Assembly (NCBI GenBank): GCA_003144275.1
Contig: NJBF01000007.1
Location: forward strand, 30,001 to 62,000
Source of the DNA: Candidatus Heimdallarchaeota archaeon B3_Heim
Lineage (GTDB): Archaea; Asgardarchaeota; Heimdallarchaeia; Hodarchaeales; Hodarchaeaceae
Direction of reading: 5' to 3'
Length of the DNA: 32,000 nucleotides
Below are positions 1 to 8,739 of this stretch, one piece after another. Position 1 is the first letter of the stretch. Every line of letters starts with the position of its first letter. The translations under genes were made by a program, and so were the position numbers. The notes beneath the pieces were generated by a model. It made no database searches and was not told where the DNA came from. It saw only the letters and a list, made by a program, of their open reading frames with translations.

Positions 1-179
1 GCCAAGGTAAATAATATACTGTCAATATCAGGAGAGACATAAAGACCATAATATCGCCAATCATCCCCTGTATTTCCAATAACTGTAATATCTCGAGGAT
101 CAATAAGAGAATTGATACCTTGTAGTAATTTTGGGGTACCAGTCCCACCTGATAAAAAAACAATCTTTAATGAGCCCAT
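1..179 (-). CDS. cofD: 2-phospho-L-lactate transferase (coenzyme F420 biosynthesis), N-terminal 59 aa; runs off the window edge
   Basis: Not in the ORF track. Manual translation from ATG at 179 gives [60 protein letters not shown], matching the CofD N-terminal signature ([13 protein letters not shown]...NTGDD...SPDxDxxLxTLA). Confidence 0.88.
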   Translation of the reverse strand, partial: MGSLKIVFLSGGTGTPKLLQGINSLIDPRDITVIGNTGDDWRYYGLYVSPDIDSILFTL

Positions 180-267
180 ATTGTCCCACTTTTATCACAA
201 AGTCTTTACCTCATAAATTCCTAATGACATTTAACTTGATTGTATGAAGTACATTATCTGACCTGTA

Positions 268-1383
268 ATGAATCAAACTATTCCAGAATGGGACTTAATA
301 ATCCTTAGAGAGAATGATAGCTTAAATACACAAGTAGTTTGGCATGCTGCTGCATTAGCTAGAAGTCGGGGGATACAAACTCGTGATCTTATCATTATCG
401 ATTGGCCCACTGATCCAATCGTGGTATGTGGGTTTCATCAAGTTATTGAGCGTGTGGTTGATATTGATTATTGTAAGAAACATGGAATTCCTATTAGTCG
501 CCGTGCTTGTGGAGGAGGGGCTGTTCTTTTAGATTCAAATCAGCTTTTTTATAATATCATTTCCCATATTGATTCCACGATTATTCCCAGGAATATAACT
601 AAGTTCTTCGAAAGAACACTTGAACCAGTGGCTCAAACCTACCGCCATTTCGGTATAGATGCGGAGTACAAACCTGTTAACGATATAATTGTCAATAATC
701 GTAAAATTTCTGGTAATGGTGCCGGCTTACTTGAAAATGCTCAAATCTTAGTTGGTAATTTTATCTTAGACTTTCCTCGGAAAGAAATGGCCCAAATTTT
801 AAAAGTTCCCAATGAGAAATTCCGCGATAAAGTAATTAAATCTTTGGAAGCAGGTATTAGCTCATTTCAAGACGAATTAGGATATATTCCCCCTCGTGAT
901 TCGATCATTAAGGAATATATCAAACAGGTTGAAACAGCTTTTAATATTCGTCTTGTTGAAACTCAGTTTGAACCAGGCACTCTTGAGCTTATAGAGGATC
1001 TTAGAAAAACTTACTTAACCGATGATTGGCTTTACCAAGTGAAGGCCCGAGGAAAACAACTTACTAGTAAAGTAAAGATACACGGATCTGCACATGTGGT
1101 TGAGGGGATGTATAAATCTATGGGCGGGTTAATAACGGTGATTTGTGAGTTTAATGATACTATACTCACAGACATTCTCATTAGTGGTGATTTTTGGATT
1201 CTTCCAGACACGGTTCTGCCCAAGCTTGAAAAATCGTTATTAAATCATGATCTAAAAAAAGGAGATCTTATTGATCAGATTGGTTCTTTCTTGGATGACA
1301 ATGAATGTGAAACTCCCGGTACATCTGCCTCCGATCTGGCTCAGGCTATTCAGAACGCATTTGACAGTATTTCTAAATTATAA
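268..1383 (+). CDS. lplA: Lipoate-protein ligase A family protein, catalytic domain plus C-terminal accessory (LplB-like) domain
   Basis: RRACGGGAVLLD (RRxxGGGAV motif), KPVNDI, RKISGNGA (conserved Lys). The C-terminal ~90 aa (YKSMGGLI...DILISGDFWILP) resembles the LplA C-terminal domain. Confidence 0.9.
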   Translation: MNQTIPEWDLIILRENDSLNTQVVWHAAALARSRGIQTRDLIIIDWPTDPIVVCGFHQVIERVVDIDYCKKHGIPISRRACGGGAVLLDSNQLFYNIISHIDSTIIPRNITKFFERTLEPVAQTYRHFGIDAEYKPVNDIIVNNRKISGNGAGLLENAQILVGNFILDFPRKEMAQILKVPNEKFRDKVIKSLEAGISSFQDELGYIPPRDSIIKEYIKQVETAFNIRLVETQFEPGTLELIEDLRKTYLTDDWLYQVKARGKQLTSKVKIHGSAHVVEGMYKSMGGLITVICEFNDTILTDILISGDFWILPDTVLPKLEKSLLNHDLKKGDLIDQIGSFLDDNECETPGTSASDLAQAIQNAFDSISKL

Positions 1384-1462
1384 AAGTCAATGACTTTTAC
1401 AGATAATTTCATCCGTTTCCTTAAATATCTAAGTTCCATTTCACTCAATAACAAGATTTATC

Positions 1463-4375
1463 ATGTCTATATTGATCATTGAGTGCGTAAGAACCATGAA
1501 ATTTTCCAAGATAAATCCAAATCGTATCGGACACTATTCAGGGAGTGAAAGGTTAGAAGATCCAACCTTAGAGGAGCCTGATGAAGATACAGAGGAAGTT
1601 GCTCATCGTTGGCATGACGATCCTGAAACTAAAAATAAAATGATTAAGGAAATGAACAATAAACTCAAAAAATGGGATCAAGACATATTTGGAAAGTATC
1701 CTCATTCCAAAATGTCGTTTCATTTAGTGGGACAGTCACACATTGATATTGCATGGTTGTGGAGAATTGAACAAACAAGGAAAAAATCAATTGTAACCTT
1801 CAAAAAAGCGGTTTTTCATACTAATCGTTTTCCAAAATCATATTGCTTTGCTCTTAGTGAACCAATTCTACTTGAGTGGATTTTAGAAGATGATCCTGTA
1901 TTGTTCAAAGATATTCAAAGAAGTGTTGAGAAAGGAGGAATAGAATTAGTTGGTGGATCTTACGTCGAACCTGATTGTATGATGCCCTGTGGAGAGGCAA
2001 TGACTAGAAGTCGACTATATGGACAAAGGTTTTTCTTTAAGCATTTCAACCGTCTTCCAAAAGTTGAATGGTTTTTAGATTCATTTGGGTATTCAGCTGG
2101 CCTACCTCAAATTCTTAAGAAGAGTGGAGCTGAATATATATGGACAACAAAGTTATCGTGGAACTTACAAACCGATTTTCCATTTTGCAACTTTTATTGG
2201 GAAGGTGTCGATCACTCACAAATTCAAACTGGAATTTTTCCTATGAGTTATGGTTCTTTTGACAAATGGGATAAATTTGAGGTTGGTCATCATCCTCTTA
2301 AACCTAATGTAACATATCGGGGAAATTATGAAAGAGATTATACTGATCTTACCCAATGGGTAGAAAAGGATGAGATCATTCCCCATATCGGATTATTCTT
2401 TGGTTTGAGTGACGGAGGCCATGGGCCTACTTATGAAGAAGTCGCTCGGGCCAACACATTGGTGGAATTAAGTAACACATTTCATTGGAGTCGAGTAGAA
2501 ACATTCTTTCAGAAAATAGAACAATGGAAGGATCGTTTTCCTATTTGGGCCGATGAATTGTATTTGGAGAATCATAGAGGATGTTTTTCAGTCCATGCTG
2601 AGGTTAAAAAGAAGAATCGGGAATTTGAAAATAAACTCATTTCAACAGAAATCCTAAGTACGATAAACTCTATCATCAAAAGTAACTCAAATCAAACACA
2701 CACAGAAGAACTCGAAATAATTTGGAAAACTCTCCTTAAAAATCAATTTCATGATATACTTCCTGGAACATCGATTCCTGAGGTATATGATGATGTTCAC
2801 GAGGATTGGCTGTCCTCTGATCAGAAAATACAGTTAATTAAGGATGATATTAGTAGGAAGTTGAAAGGCCCCACCGAAAAATGTCAATTTGTGATGTTTA
2901 ATTCCCTCTCTTGGGAGCGAAATGCTAGGGTTTTTCTCCCGATAGATATAGTTAAAGGAAAAATCCCTCTTGATAACGATGGGTGTCCTCCTAAGGCAAC
3001 TCTTACATATTTTAATCCAACCAAAATGACTGAGCTTGTGCAGCCAGTCTCGGCAGAACCAGAGGAATGGCTTGATGCCCGATCTGCAGGTTGGTGGACA
3101 ATCATACGACTCTCAGCAACAAGTCTTACCCCAGGATATCTTTCTCTGAATGTAGAGATGGATAATGGTAAAGCAATAAAATCCGAACAGTATTGCTTAG
3201 ATAACGAATTAGTTAGTATCATACTTGACTCCAATACTGGTGGTATCCTCTCTCTAACTAATGTTTCAGTTGCAGACAATGCAAATTTACTAATGGGTTC
3301 AAATAGTAATTTGACGGAGGCTTATGAGGATATATCCGATATTTGGCCAGCTTGGAATCTCACCTCTGAATACTGGAACCACCCAATTGAACTATCTAAT
3401 TCACAAGATGTACAAATCTTTCTACGTGATGCAGGCCCCATTTTTGCTACTATTGAAGTACAAAGAACCTTAGGAAATCCAAAAAATTCAGTCACACAGC
3501 GTTATACTCTTTTTAAGGGACGAAAGGAAATTTTTCTTGATTACATTGCCGAGTGGCAGCAACCCCAAGTTATGTTGAAAGTGGGATTACAATCAGCAAC
3601 TAATGCAAATCGTTGCACAACTGATGTGATGTTTGGGGCTATAGAACATAGTACAGTTCCAGAAACACCCGCTGATAAAGCACGATTTGAGAAAATTTGT
3701 CATAAATTTTATGATTTAAGTACGCTCTCGAATGAATGGGGGATTGCTACTCTTAGCCAAGATAAATATGCTTTTAGTGTCACAAATGGTGATAGCTCCC
3801 TCACAATGCTACGTTCTCCACCTTATTTTCCAGCTTCACCAGAAGCCTGGGTTCATGAAGAACGAGCTAAAAGAAAGGAAAAATACGGCACAGAGGTACC
3901 TGAGTATTCGGGTCTTGGTCCACTTCGTAGTCAGTATGCTTATCTTTCACATAAGGGAGGTTCACTTCTTACTCAAGATGAAAAACCCAATCCTGTTGTT
4001 CGACGAGCTGCAGAAGAATTTAATCAACCTGTACAGCTTCTCAAAATAACTTCTGAAAGAGACGAAGAAAAAACACAAGTTGTAGGAAAATCCCTAATTG
4101 AAATTGATTCGGCTATAGCGATGCTCTCAGCTCTGAAAATGAATGAATGGAAAACGAATGGTAATCTAGTAATTAGAATAGTAGAAATATTAGGAGTCGG
4201 TGGCAAAATACAGGTAAAATTTAATTCAATTATTCAAAGTAAGATTAAATTAGTTCGAGAAGTAGACTTACTTGAACGACCCGTATCAGAAACAACAATA
4301 GAAAAGGAAGATTCAGGATTTACAATTACTTTAACCCCATTTGAGGCAAAATCTATAGAATTAATTATCTATTAG
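1463..4375 (+). CDS. GH38 alpha-mannosidase, no signal peptide (true start may be ATG 1496)
   Basis: GQSHIDIAWLW (Zn-binding HxD), GGSYVEPD, WFLDSFGYSAGLPQI (nucleophile Asp region), SDGGHGPT, ELYLENHRG, NQFHDILPGTSI, and a C-terminal beta-domain with ARFE/LSMLR-like motifs. Confidence 0.93.
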   Translation: MSILIIECVRTMKFSKINPNRIGHYSGSERLEDPTLEEPDEDTEEVAHRWHDDPETKNKMIKEMNNKLKKWDQDIFGKYPHSKMSFHLVGQSHIDIAWLWRIEQTRKKSIVTFKKAVFHTNRFPKSYCFALSEPILLEWILEDDPVLFKDIQRSVEKGGIELVGGSYVEPDCMMPCGEAMTRSRLYGQRFFFKHFNRLPKVEWFLDSFGYSAGLPQILKKSGAEYIWTTKLSWNLQTDFPFCNFYWEGVDHSQIQTGIFPMSYGSFDKWDKFEVGHHPLKPNVTYRGNYERDYTDLTQWVEKDEIIPHIGLFFGLSDGGHGPTYEEVARANTLVELSNTFHWSRVETFFQKIEQWKDRFPIWADELYLENHRGCFSVHAEVKKKNREFENKLISTEILSTINSIIKSNSNQTHTEELEIIWKTLLKNQFHDILPGTSIPEVYDDVHEDWLSSDQKIQLIKDDISRKLKGPTEKCQFVMFNSLSWERNARVFLPIDIVKGKIPLDNDGCPPKATLTYFNPTKMTELVQPVSAEPEEWLDARSAGWWTIIRLSATSLTPGYLSLNVEMDNGKAIKSEQYCLDNELVSIILDSNTGGILSLTNVSVADNANLLMGSNSNLTEAYEDISDIWPAWNLTSEYWNHPIELSNSQDVQIFLRDAGPIFATIEVQRTLGNPKNSVTQRYTLFKGRKEIFLDYIAEWQQPQVMLKVGLQSATNANRCTTDVMFGAIEHSTVPETPADKARFEKICHKFYDLSTLSNEWGIATLSQDKYAFSVTNGDSSLTMLRSPPYFPASPEAWVHEERAKRKEKYGTEVPEYSGLGPLRSQYAYLSHKGGSLLTQDEKPNPVVRRAAEEFNQPVQLLKITSERDEEKTQVVGKSLIEIDSAIAMLSALKMNEWKTNGNLVIRIVEILGVGGKIQVKFNSIIQSKIKLVREVDLLERPVSETTIEKEDSGFTITLTPFEAKSIELIIY

Positions 4376-4441
4376 GACAAGAAGTGCAAAAGTTCACTCA
4401 TTCAATTATTTCCAAACCAAGAATGCCTGATGACATAATTA

Positions 4442-4645
4442 TCAGTGCACGAAGGAAATTATTGTTAATTTTGCCCTTTTTTCTTCTTTAATTATCTTTT
4501 TCTCCTTTAAAACGTTCAGAGCTTGAAAAAAATATAAGTTGGCTAATTTTGATTCTTTCTTGAGAGCCAACAATGTCATAGATCTATTGTTTCTTTGTAA
4601 TACAGCAATAATAATATTCTTATTTTCAGAAAGCTGTTGATTCAT
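4442..4645 (-). CDS. Small basic protein, probable winged helix-turn-helix (67 aa from ATG 4645; track start 4666)
   Basis: MNQQLSENKNIIIAVLQRNNRSMTLLALKKESKLANLYFFQALNVLKEKKIIKEEKRAKLTIISFVH shows a three-helix plus beta-hairpin wHTH pattern. It lies directly downstream of the GH130 gene on the same strand. Confidence 0.5.
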   Translation of the reverse strand: MNQQLSENKNIIIAVLQRNNRSMTLLALKKESKLANLYFFQALNVLKEKKIIKEEKRAKLTIISFVH

Positions 4646-4684
4646 CGCCAAAAAAATACCCCACAAATATGTTTGGAAAAAACC

Positions 4685-5581
4685 CTAAAGAGCCTGCATT
4701 AGCTTAGATTTATCAATAGTGGCAACTCCAATGACTTTATCTGCGCCCCCATAATATACAAAATACTTGTTTTCCTTTTCCACCACTCCACAGGTGAAAC
4801 AAACATTTGGTACATCGCCATGGATTTCGTAATCTTCTTCTGGACTTAAAATTGGCTCTTCTATTATAGATATAATCTTACTGGGCTCATTTAAATCTAA
4901 TAACATTGCACCCAAACTATAATGTAGGTTTTTGTCAACACCATGGTAGAATTCTAGCCACCCTTCTTCTGTCTTGATTGGTGGCGCACCAGCTCCGACC
5001 TTGAAATCCTGCCAAGTATTCTCTATAGGTGCGAAAAATTTTGTATGATCTGTCCAATTTTTTAAATCTTTCGAATAAGCTATCCACATATCCGGTTCAG
5101 GAGCACGATGCATCAAGACATATCTCCCATTGATTTTTTCAGGAAAGAGAACTCCATCCTTATCACGATATTCATTAATTATTGTTCCATGCCTTTCATA
5201 GTTCTTAAAATCAAGGGTTGAGGCAATACCAATATGAAATTCTACATCACCCACAGGTATCAATGTTTTGACCGCAGTATAGGTAATATAGTATTTTTCA
5301 TCTAAAAACGTAATACGAGGATCTTCAATCCCGAATTTTTCATACTCTGCTTCAGGGATCATATTTGGTTCTGCAAACTGCTCGAAATTATAACCGTCTT
5401 TACTCAGAGCCAGACCGAATGTCGAAATATATGTTTCATAATTCCCAATTGCACGATAAAGCAATGCTACTTGGTCATTGTACATAGTTGCAGCACAATT
5501 GAAAACTCCCCCTTTTTCCCAATCATGATTTTTATTGGGTACAATGATAGGATTTTTAGTATATCTTGTTAAAGAAACCAT
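4685..5581 (-). CDS. GH130 family beta-mannoside phosphorylase-like protein (ATG 5581 preferred; track uses TTG 5590)
   Basis: NPII, VFNCAA, LLYRA, GIEDPRIT (catalytic Asp), KDGVLFPEKINGRYVLMHR, KVGAGAPPIKTEEGWLEFYHGV, GDVPNVCFTCG, VYYGGAD. No signal peptide. Confidence 0.9.
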   Translation of the reverse strand: MVSLTRYTKNPIIVPNKNHDWEKGGVFNCAATMYNDQVALLYRAIGNYETYISTFGLALSKDGYNFEQFAEPNMIPEAEYEKFGIEDPRITFLDEKYYITYTAVKTLIPVGDVEFHIGIASTLDFKNYERHGTIINEYRDKDGVLFPEKINGRYVLMHRAPEPDMWIAYSKDLKNWTDHTKFFAPIENTWQDFKVGAGAPPIKTEEGWLEFYHGVDKNLHYSLGAMLLDLNEPSKIISIIEEPILSPEEDYEIHGDVPNVCFTCGVVEKENKYFVYYGGADKVIGVATIDKSKLMQAL

Positions 5582-5709
5582 TATTGTCAACCTTTTTCGT
5601 AAGAATTAATGATCAGAAAATTGACCAAAGCATGAACAGAATGAATTTGTTGAGCCTTAATCAAAATTATTTAAAATTCTTCATTTTTCTTGGGTGTTTA
5701 CCCCGATTA

Positions 5710-8157
5710 TTAACTCATTCTATTATCTGCCCAAGTACTAAAGAACTTAGAATCATCTTCTGGTAGGTTCTCAACCTTAATACTGTATGTTTCGTTTGGT
5801 AATAAATTGAAACAATTATCTTGAGGTCGTAGTTCCCACGAGATTGTTACTAAGAAAGTAAAAACATTAGAAATGAAAGTTATTGTGTTTTCATCAGCAT
5901 TAATATCAAATTTCACCTTGGGTTTACCAAATTTGAGATTCACAGGGTCATTTAACAAGAAAAAATTGTTAAAACTACCAATATTGGATTTAAAGTCCAT
6001 TATTACAATATCATCTTTATTCTGTTCATTTAGCGGATATTCAAGCTGTATGGTACCATTTCCTTTAATCGACAGCTCATAATTCATGTTCTGAGTCATC
6101 CTTCCCGGTAACTTAATAGTAGATATTTTTAATACCCCTGATATCTTTGTAAATGTGTCATTTATTAAGATAATCTTCTGTTCATTCTTATTATAAGAAA
6201 CTAATACTGGAGAATATGCATTTTTGGTATACCAATATGCCATCTTCGGAACTCCATAATAATCAATTAATGACCAACAGATAGTAGGCCAAGGTTCATT
6301 AAATTGCCATATTAATGACCCACTATTTTTAAACTTCCGTGATCTCCAAATTTCAATGGCAAATTTCATTGCAAACGCTTGAGCTGTCTGTGAATAGAGA
6401 ATCCACTCATTAATAGTTTCAGGCTTTCCAAATTTACTAATATTTACATTTATTTTGTCTAAAACCAAATTATGAAATTTCCATATATCATTTGGCTGAC
6501 TTTGGCTAGTTTTACTTAATATTTTTGAGAGGGTGGATTTTGAAGGAAAGCTCTGGATACCAAACTCAGACACAAATCTTGATTTAAATATCCCATACTG
6601 CTCATAAGTAGGAGGTTCTAAATTGGGTTGGTTCACTCCATGCCAAACTTCCCAATTATGAGAATTACCTTCTTCTTGAGAGTTGGGATCGAACGTATAC
6701 TCATTTTCAGCTGAAGGACTCCAAGGACTAGATCTCCAATACGGTCGAGAAGGATCTAAATTCGAACAAAGCCTTTTTTTCAAAAGATGTAATTTTTCTC
6801 CGATTTTTTTCTCCTTCCTGTCCTTGAGCGGAATTTTTTGAAAGTCAATCCACTCATTTTCGTTGTTTCCACACCATAAGACAATCGAAGGGTGGTTTCT
6901 TAACCTTTTAATTATTTGTTGAACCTCTGCCTCTACTTGCGTCAGAAATTTATCAGTCTCAGGATATATACTACAAGCAAATTGGAAATCGTGCCAGATC
7001 ATTATTCCTAGACTGTCACATAGTTCATAAAATTTCTCTCTCTCAACAACTCCACCTCCCCAAATCCTTAGCATATTAAAATTCGCCTTTTTTGCCATTT
7101 GGATTAAATTCGAGTATTTCTCATCTTCACAATAATTGAGCAACGCATCAGTTGGAACCCAATTTGCTCCCTTCGCATAAATCATTTCACTATTTATCTC
7201 AAAAGTAAAACGATTCTCTAATTCATGGTTTAGGATTAGTTTAACCAATCTAATGCCAAACAAACGCTCCTTGCTCTCATTAATTCCTTCAACTGTAAGT
7301 TTTATCTTATACAAATGTTGAGCGCCGCACCCATTTGGCCACCACAGTCTTGGGTCATTGAGTACAACTTTGGTCTGGTATTTATTCACACCTTTAGTTA
7401 GTGCATAAAGAGATTGATCGTTGTAGCATATTTTGTTATCTTCTGGTTCAAATACTTGTATCGTGATTGGTAATTCATCCTCAACTTCACTATGTATTTC
7501 CCATTCAAGAAACTGCAAACAATTTTCTTTTTGGATTTCTAATGTATAGATAAAAATATCTGAAATTTCAATTAATCCCGTTCTAGTTAGCGTAACCTTT
7601 CCTATACCTTTTGTAAGTGACCGAGGGGCAAAATCCCATCCATAATTATAAGTAGGTTTTCGAAAGATAACCCTTTCATCAAGTTTCTGGGTATAATCAG
7701 TTTTCTTTGTTTCAGGAAGAGGAGGATAAATAAAAAGACTTATTGAATTGATTCCCTTTTTCAAATACTCTAATGGGAGTTCAACTTTGATAACCATGTG
7801 AGCACTTCTTGTTTGTTTAATCAAGTTACCATTTAGGTAAACATCACACACTGTATCGATATAGTCAAAGGTTAGTATGTTTCTCTCATCAAAGTACTCA
7901 ATATTAACCTCAGTAAACAAAACTAAAATCATTTCCTCATATTTCTTGAAATTTTCCATATTTTTTTCATAATAAGGATCTAGACCCATGTGTCTTACGA
8001 TATTCGACTGTAAAGTTCCTGGTACAGTAAATTTCAATAATTTCAATGGTAAGGAGGAGGGGGTGATATTTTTAGTGATTAAATTCAAAATACTCTCTTT
8101 TTGAGTCCTATCTATTGGACTAAAGAGCCAATTTGAAATTACCGTTCTGTTTAGCAT
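5710..8157 (-). CDS. GH2 beta-mannosidase, no signal peptide
   Basis: RKPTYNYGWDFAP, KGANWVPTD, NMLRIWGGG, IWHDFQFACSIYP, RLRNHPSIVLWCGNNENE (acid/base Glu), RFVSEFGIQSFPS (nucleophile Glu), GSLIWQFNEPWPTICWSLIDYYG. Confidence 0.92.
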   Translation of the reverse strand: MLNRTVISNWLFSPIDRTQKESILNLITKNITPSSLPLKLLKFTVPGTLQSNIVRHMGLDPYYEKNMENFKKYEEMILVLFTEVNIEYFDERNILTFDYIDTVCDVYLNGNLIKQTRSAHMVIKVELPLEYLKKGINSISLFIYPPLPETKKTDYTQKLDERVIFRKPTYNYGWDFAPRSLTKGIGKVTLTRTGLIEISDIFIYTLEIQKENCLQFLEWEIHSEVEDELPITIQVFEPEDNKICYNDQSLYALTKGVNKYQTKVVLNDPRLWWPNGCGAQHLYKIKLTVEGINESKERLFGIRLVKLILNHELENRFTFEINSEMIYAKGANWVPTDALLNYCEDEKYSNLIQMAKKANFNMLRIWGGGVVEREKFYELCDSLGIMIWHDFQFACSIYPETDKFLTQVEAEVQQIIKRLRNHPSIVLWCGNNENEWIDFQKIPLKDRKEKKIGEKLHLLKKRLCSNLDPSRPYWRSSPWSPSAENEYTFDPNSQEEGNSHNWEVWHGVNQPNLEPPTYEQYGIFKSRFVSEFGIQSFPSKSTLSKILSKTSQSQPNDIWKFHNLVLDKINVNISKFGKPETINEWILYSQTAQAFAMKFAIEIWRSRKFKNSGSLIWQFNEPWPTICWSLIDYYGVPKMAYWYTKNAYSPVLVSYNKNEQKIILINDTFTKISGVLKISTIKLPGRMTQNMNYELSIKGNGTIQLEYPLNEQNKDDIVIMDFKSNIGSFNNFFLLNDPVNLKFGKPKVKFDINADENTITFISNVFTFLVTISWELRPQDNCFNLLPNETYSIKVENLPEDDSKFFSTWADNRMS

Positions 8158-8172
8158 AAAAAACTTACAAAC

Positions 8173-8219
8173 TGCTTATTAATTATTAATTTACTGGTTT
8201 GTACAATAATTAATGAGCA
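8173..8219. promoter_or_regulatory. 15-bp inverted repeat in the divergent GH2 / PqqD-like intergenic region
   Basis: TGCTTATTAATTATT (8173-8187), 17-nt spacer, AATAATTAATGAGCA (8205-8219); 14 of 15 positions are complementary. The function is inferred. Confidence 0.45.
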
Positions 8220-8253
8220 TAAAATCTCAGTTATTTCAGTTAAGTGATCTCAA

Positions 8254-8718
8254 ATGGCATCATCCAAAAAATCATCTTTGGAAAAAACAAGTAAACTGGA
8301 GAAGAAAGTTCTTCATGTTACCAAAGAGGAATTTTTTTCATTAAAACCTATTCAAAGTACATTCCTCACTGTTTTAAAAGAAAAAGAAGATGGCTTATTA
8401 TTAGAAGTTAATATTGCACAATTTAAGAAAAAATCGATAAGAAGAAGATTAATTCCTTCACCAAATTATAGGAAAATCCAATTAGATAAACTGGGTAAAT
8501 TTACATTCGAATTATGTAATGGAAATAATACAGTTAAGCAGATCATTCGAAAATTTCAAGAAACATTTAAATTAACGCTAACTGAGACAGAAACAGCAGT
8601 TGCAAAATACCTGACGTTACTTAACACACGACACTTAATTGGTTGGCAAATTCCTCAAGATATGATTGAAGGGACTGATTCGAAGGACAAAAAAGTTGAC
8701 GAAATTTCTCTGGATTAG
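8254..8718 (+). CDS. Stand-alone PqqD/RRE-like protein
   Basis: RKIQLDKLGKFTFELCNGNNTVKQIIRKFQETFKLTLTETETAVAKYLTLLNTRHLIG fits the PqqD-family pattern (LdxxGxxxWelcdGxxTvxxI...vxxflxxLxxxxLI), preceded by beta-strands. Confidence 0.75.
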   Translation: MASSKKSSLEKTSKLEKKVLHVTKEEFFSLKPIQSTFLTVLKEKEDGLLLEVNIAQFKKKSIRRRLIPSPNYRKIQLDKLGKFTFELCNGNNTVKQIIRKFQETFKLTLTETETAVAKYLTLLNTRHLIGWQIPQDMIEGTDSKDKKVDEISLD

Positions 8719-8739
8719 CTTGTCTTACAGAGTAATCAT

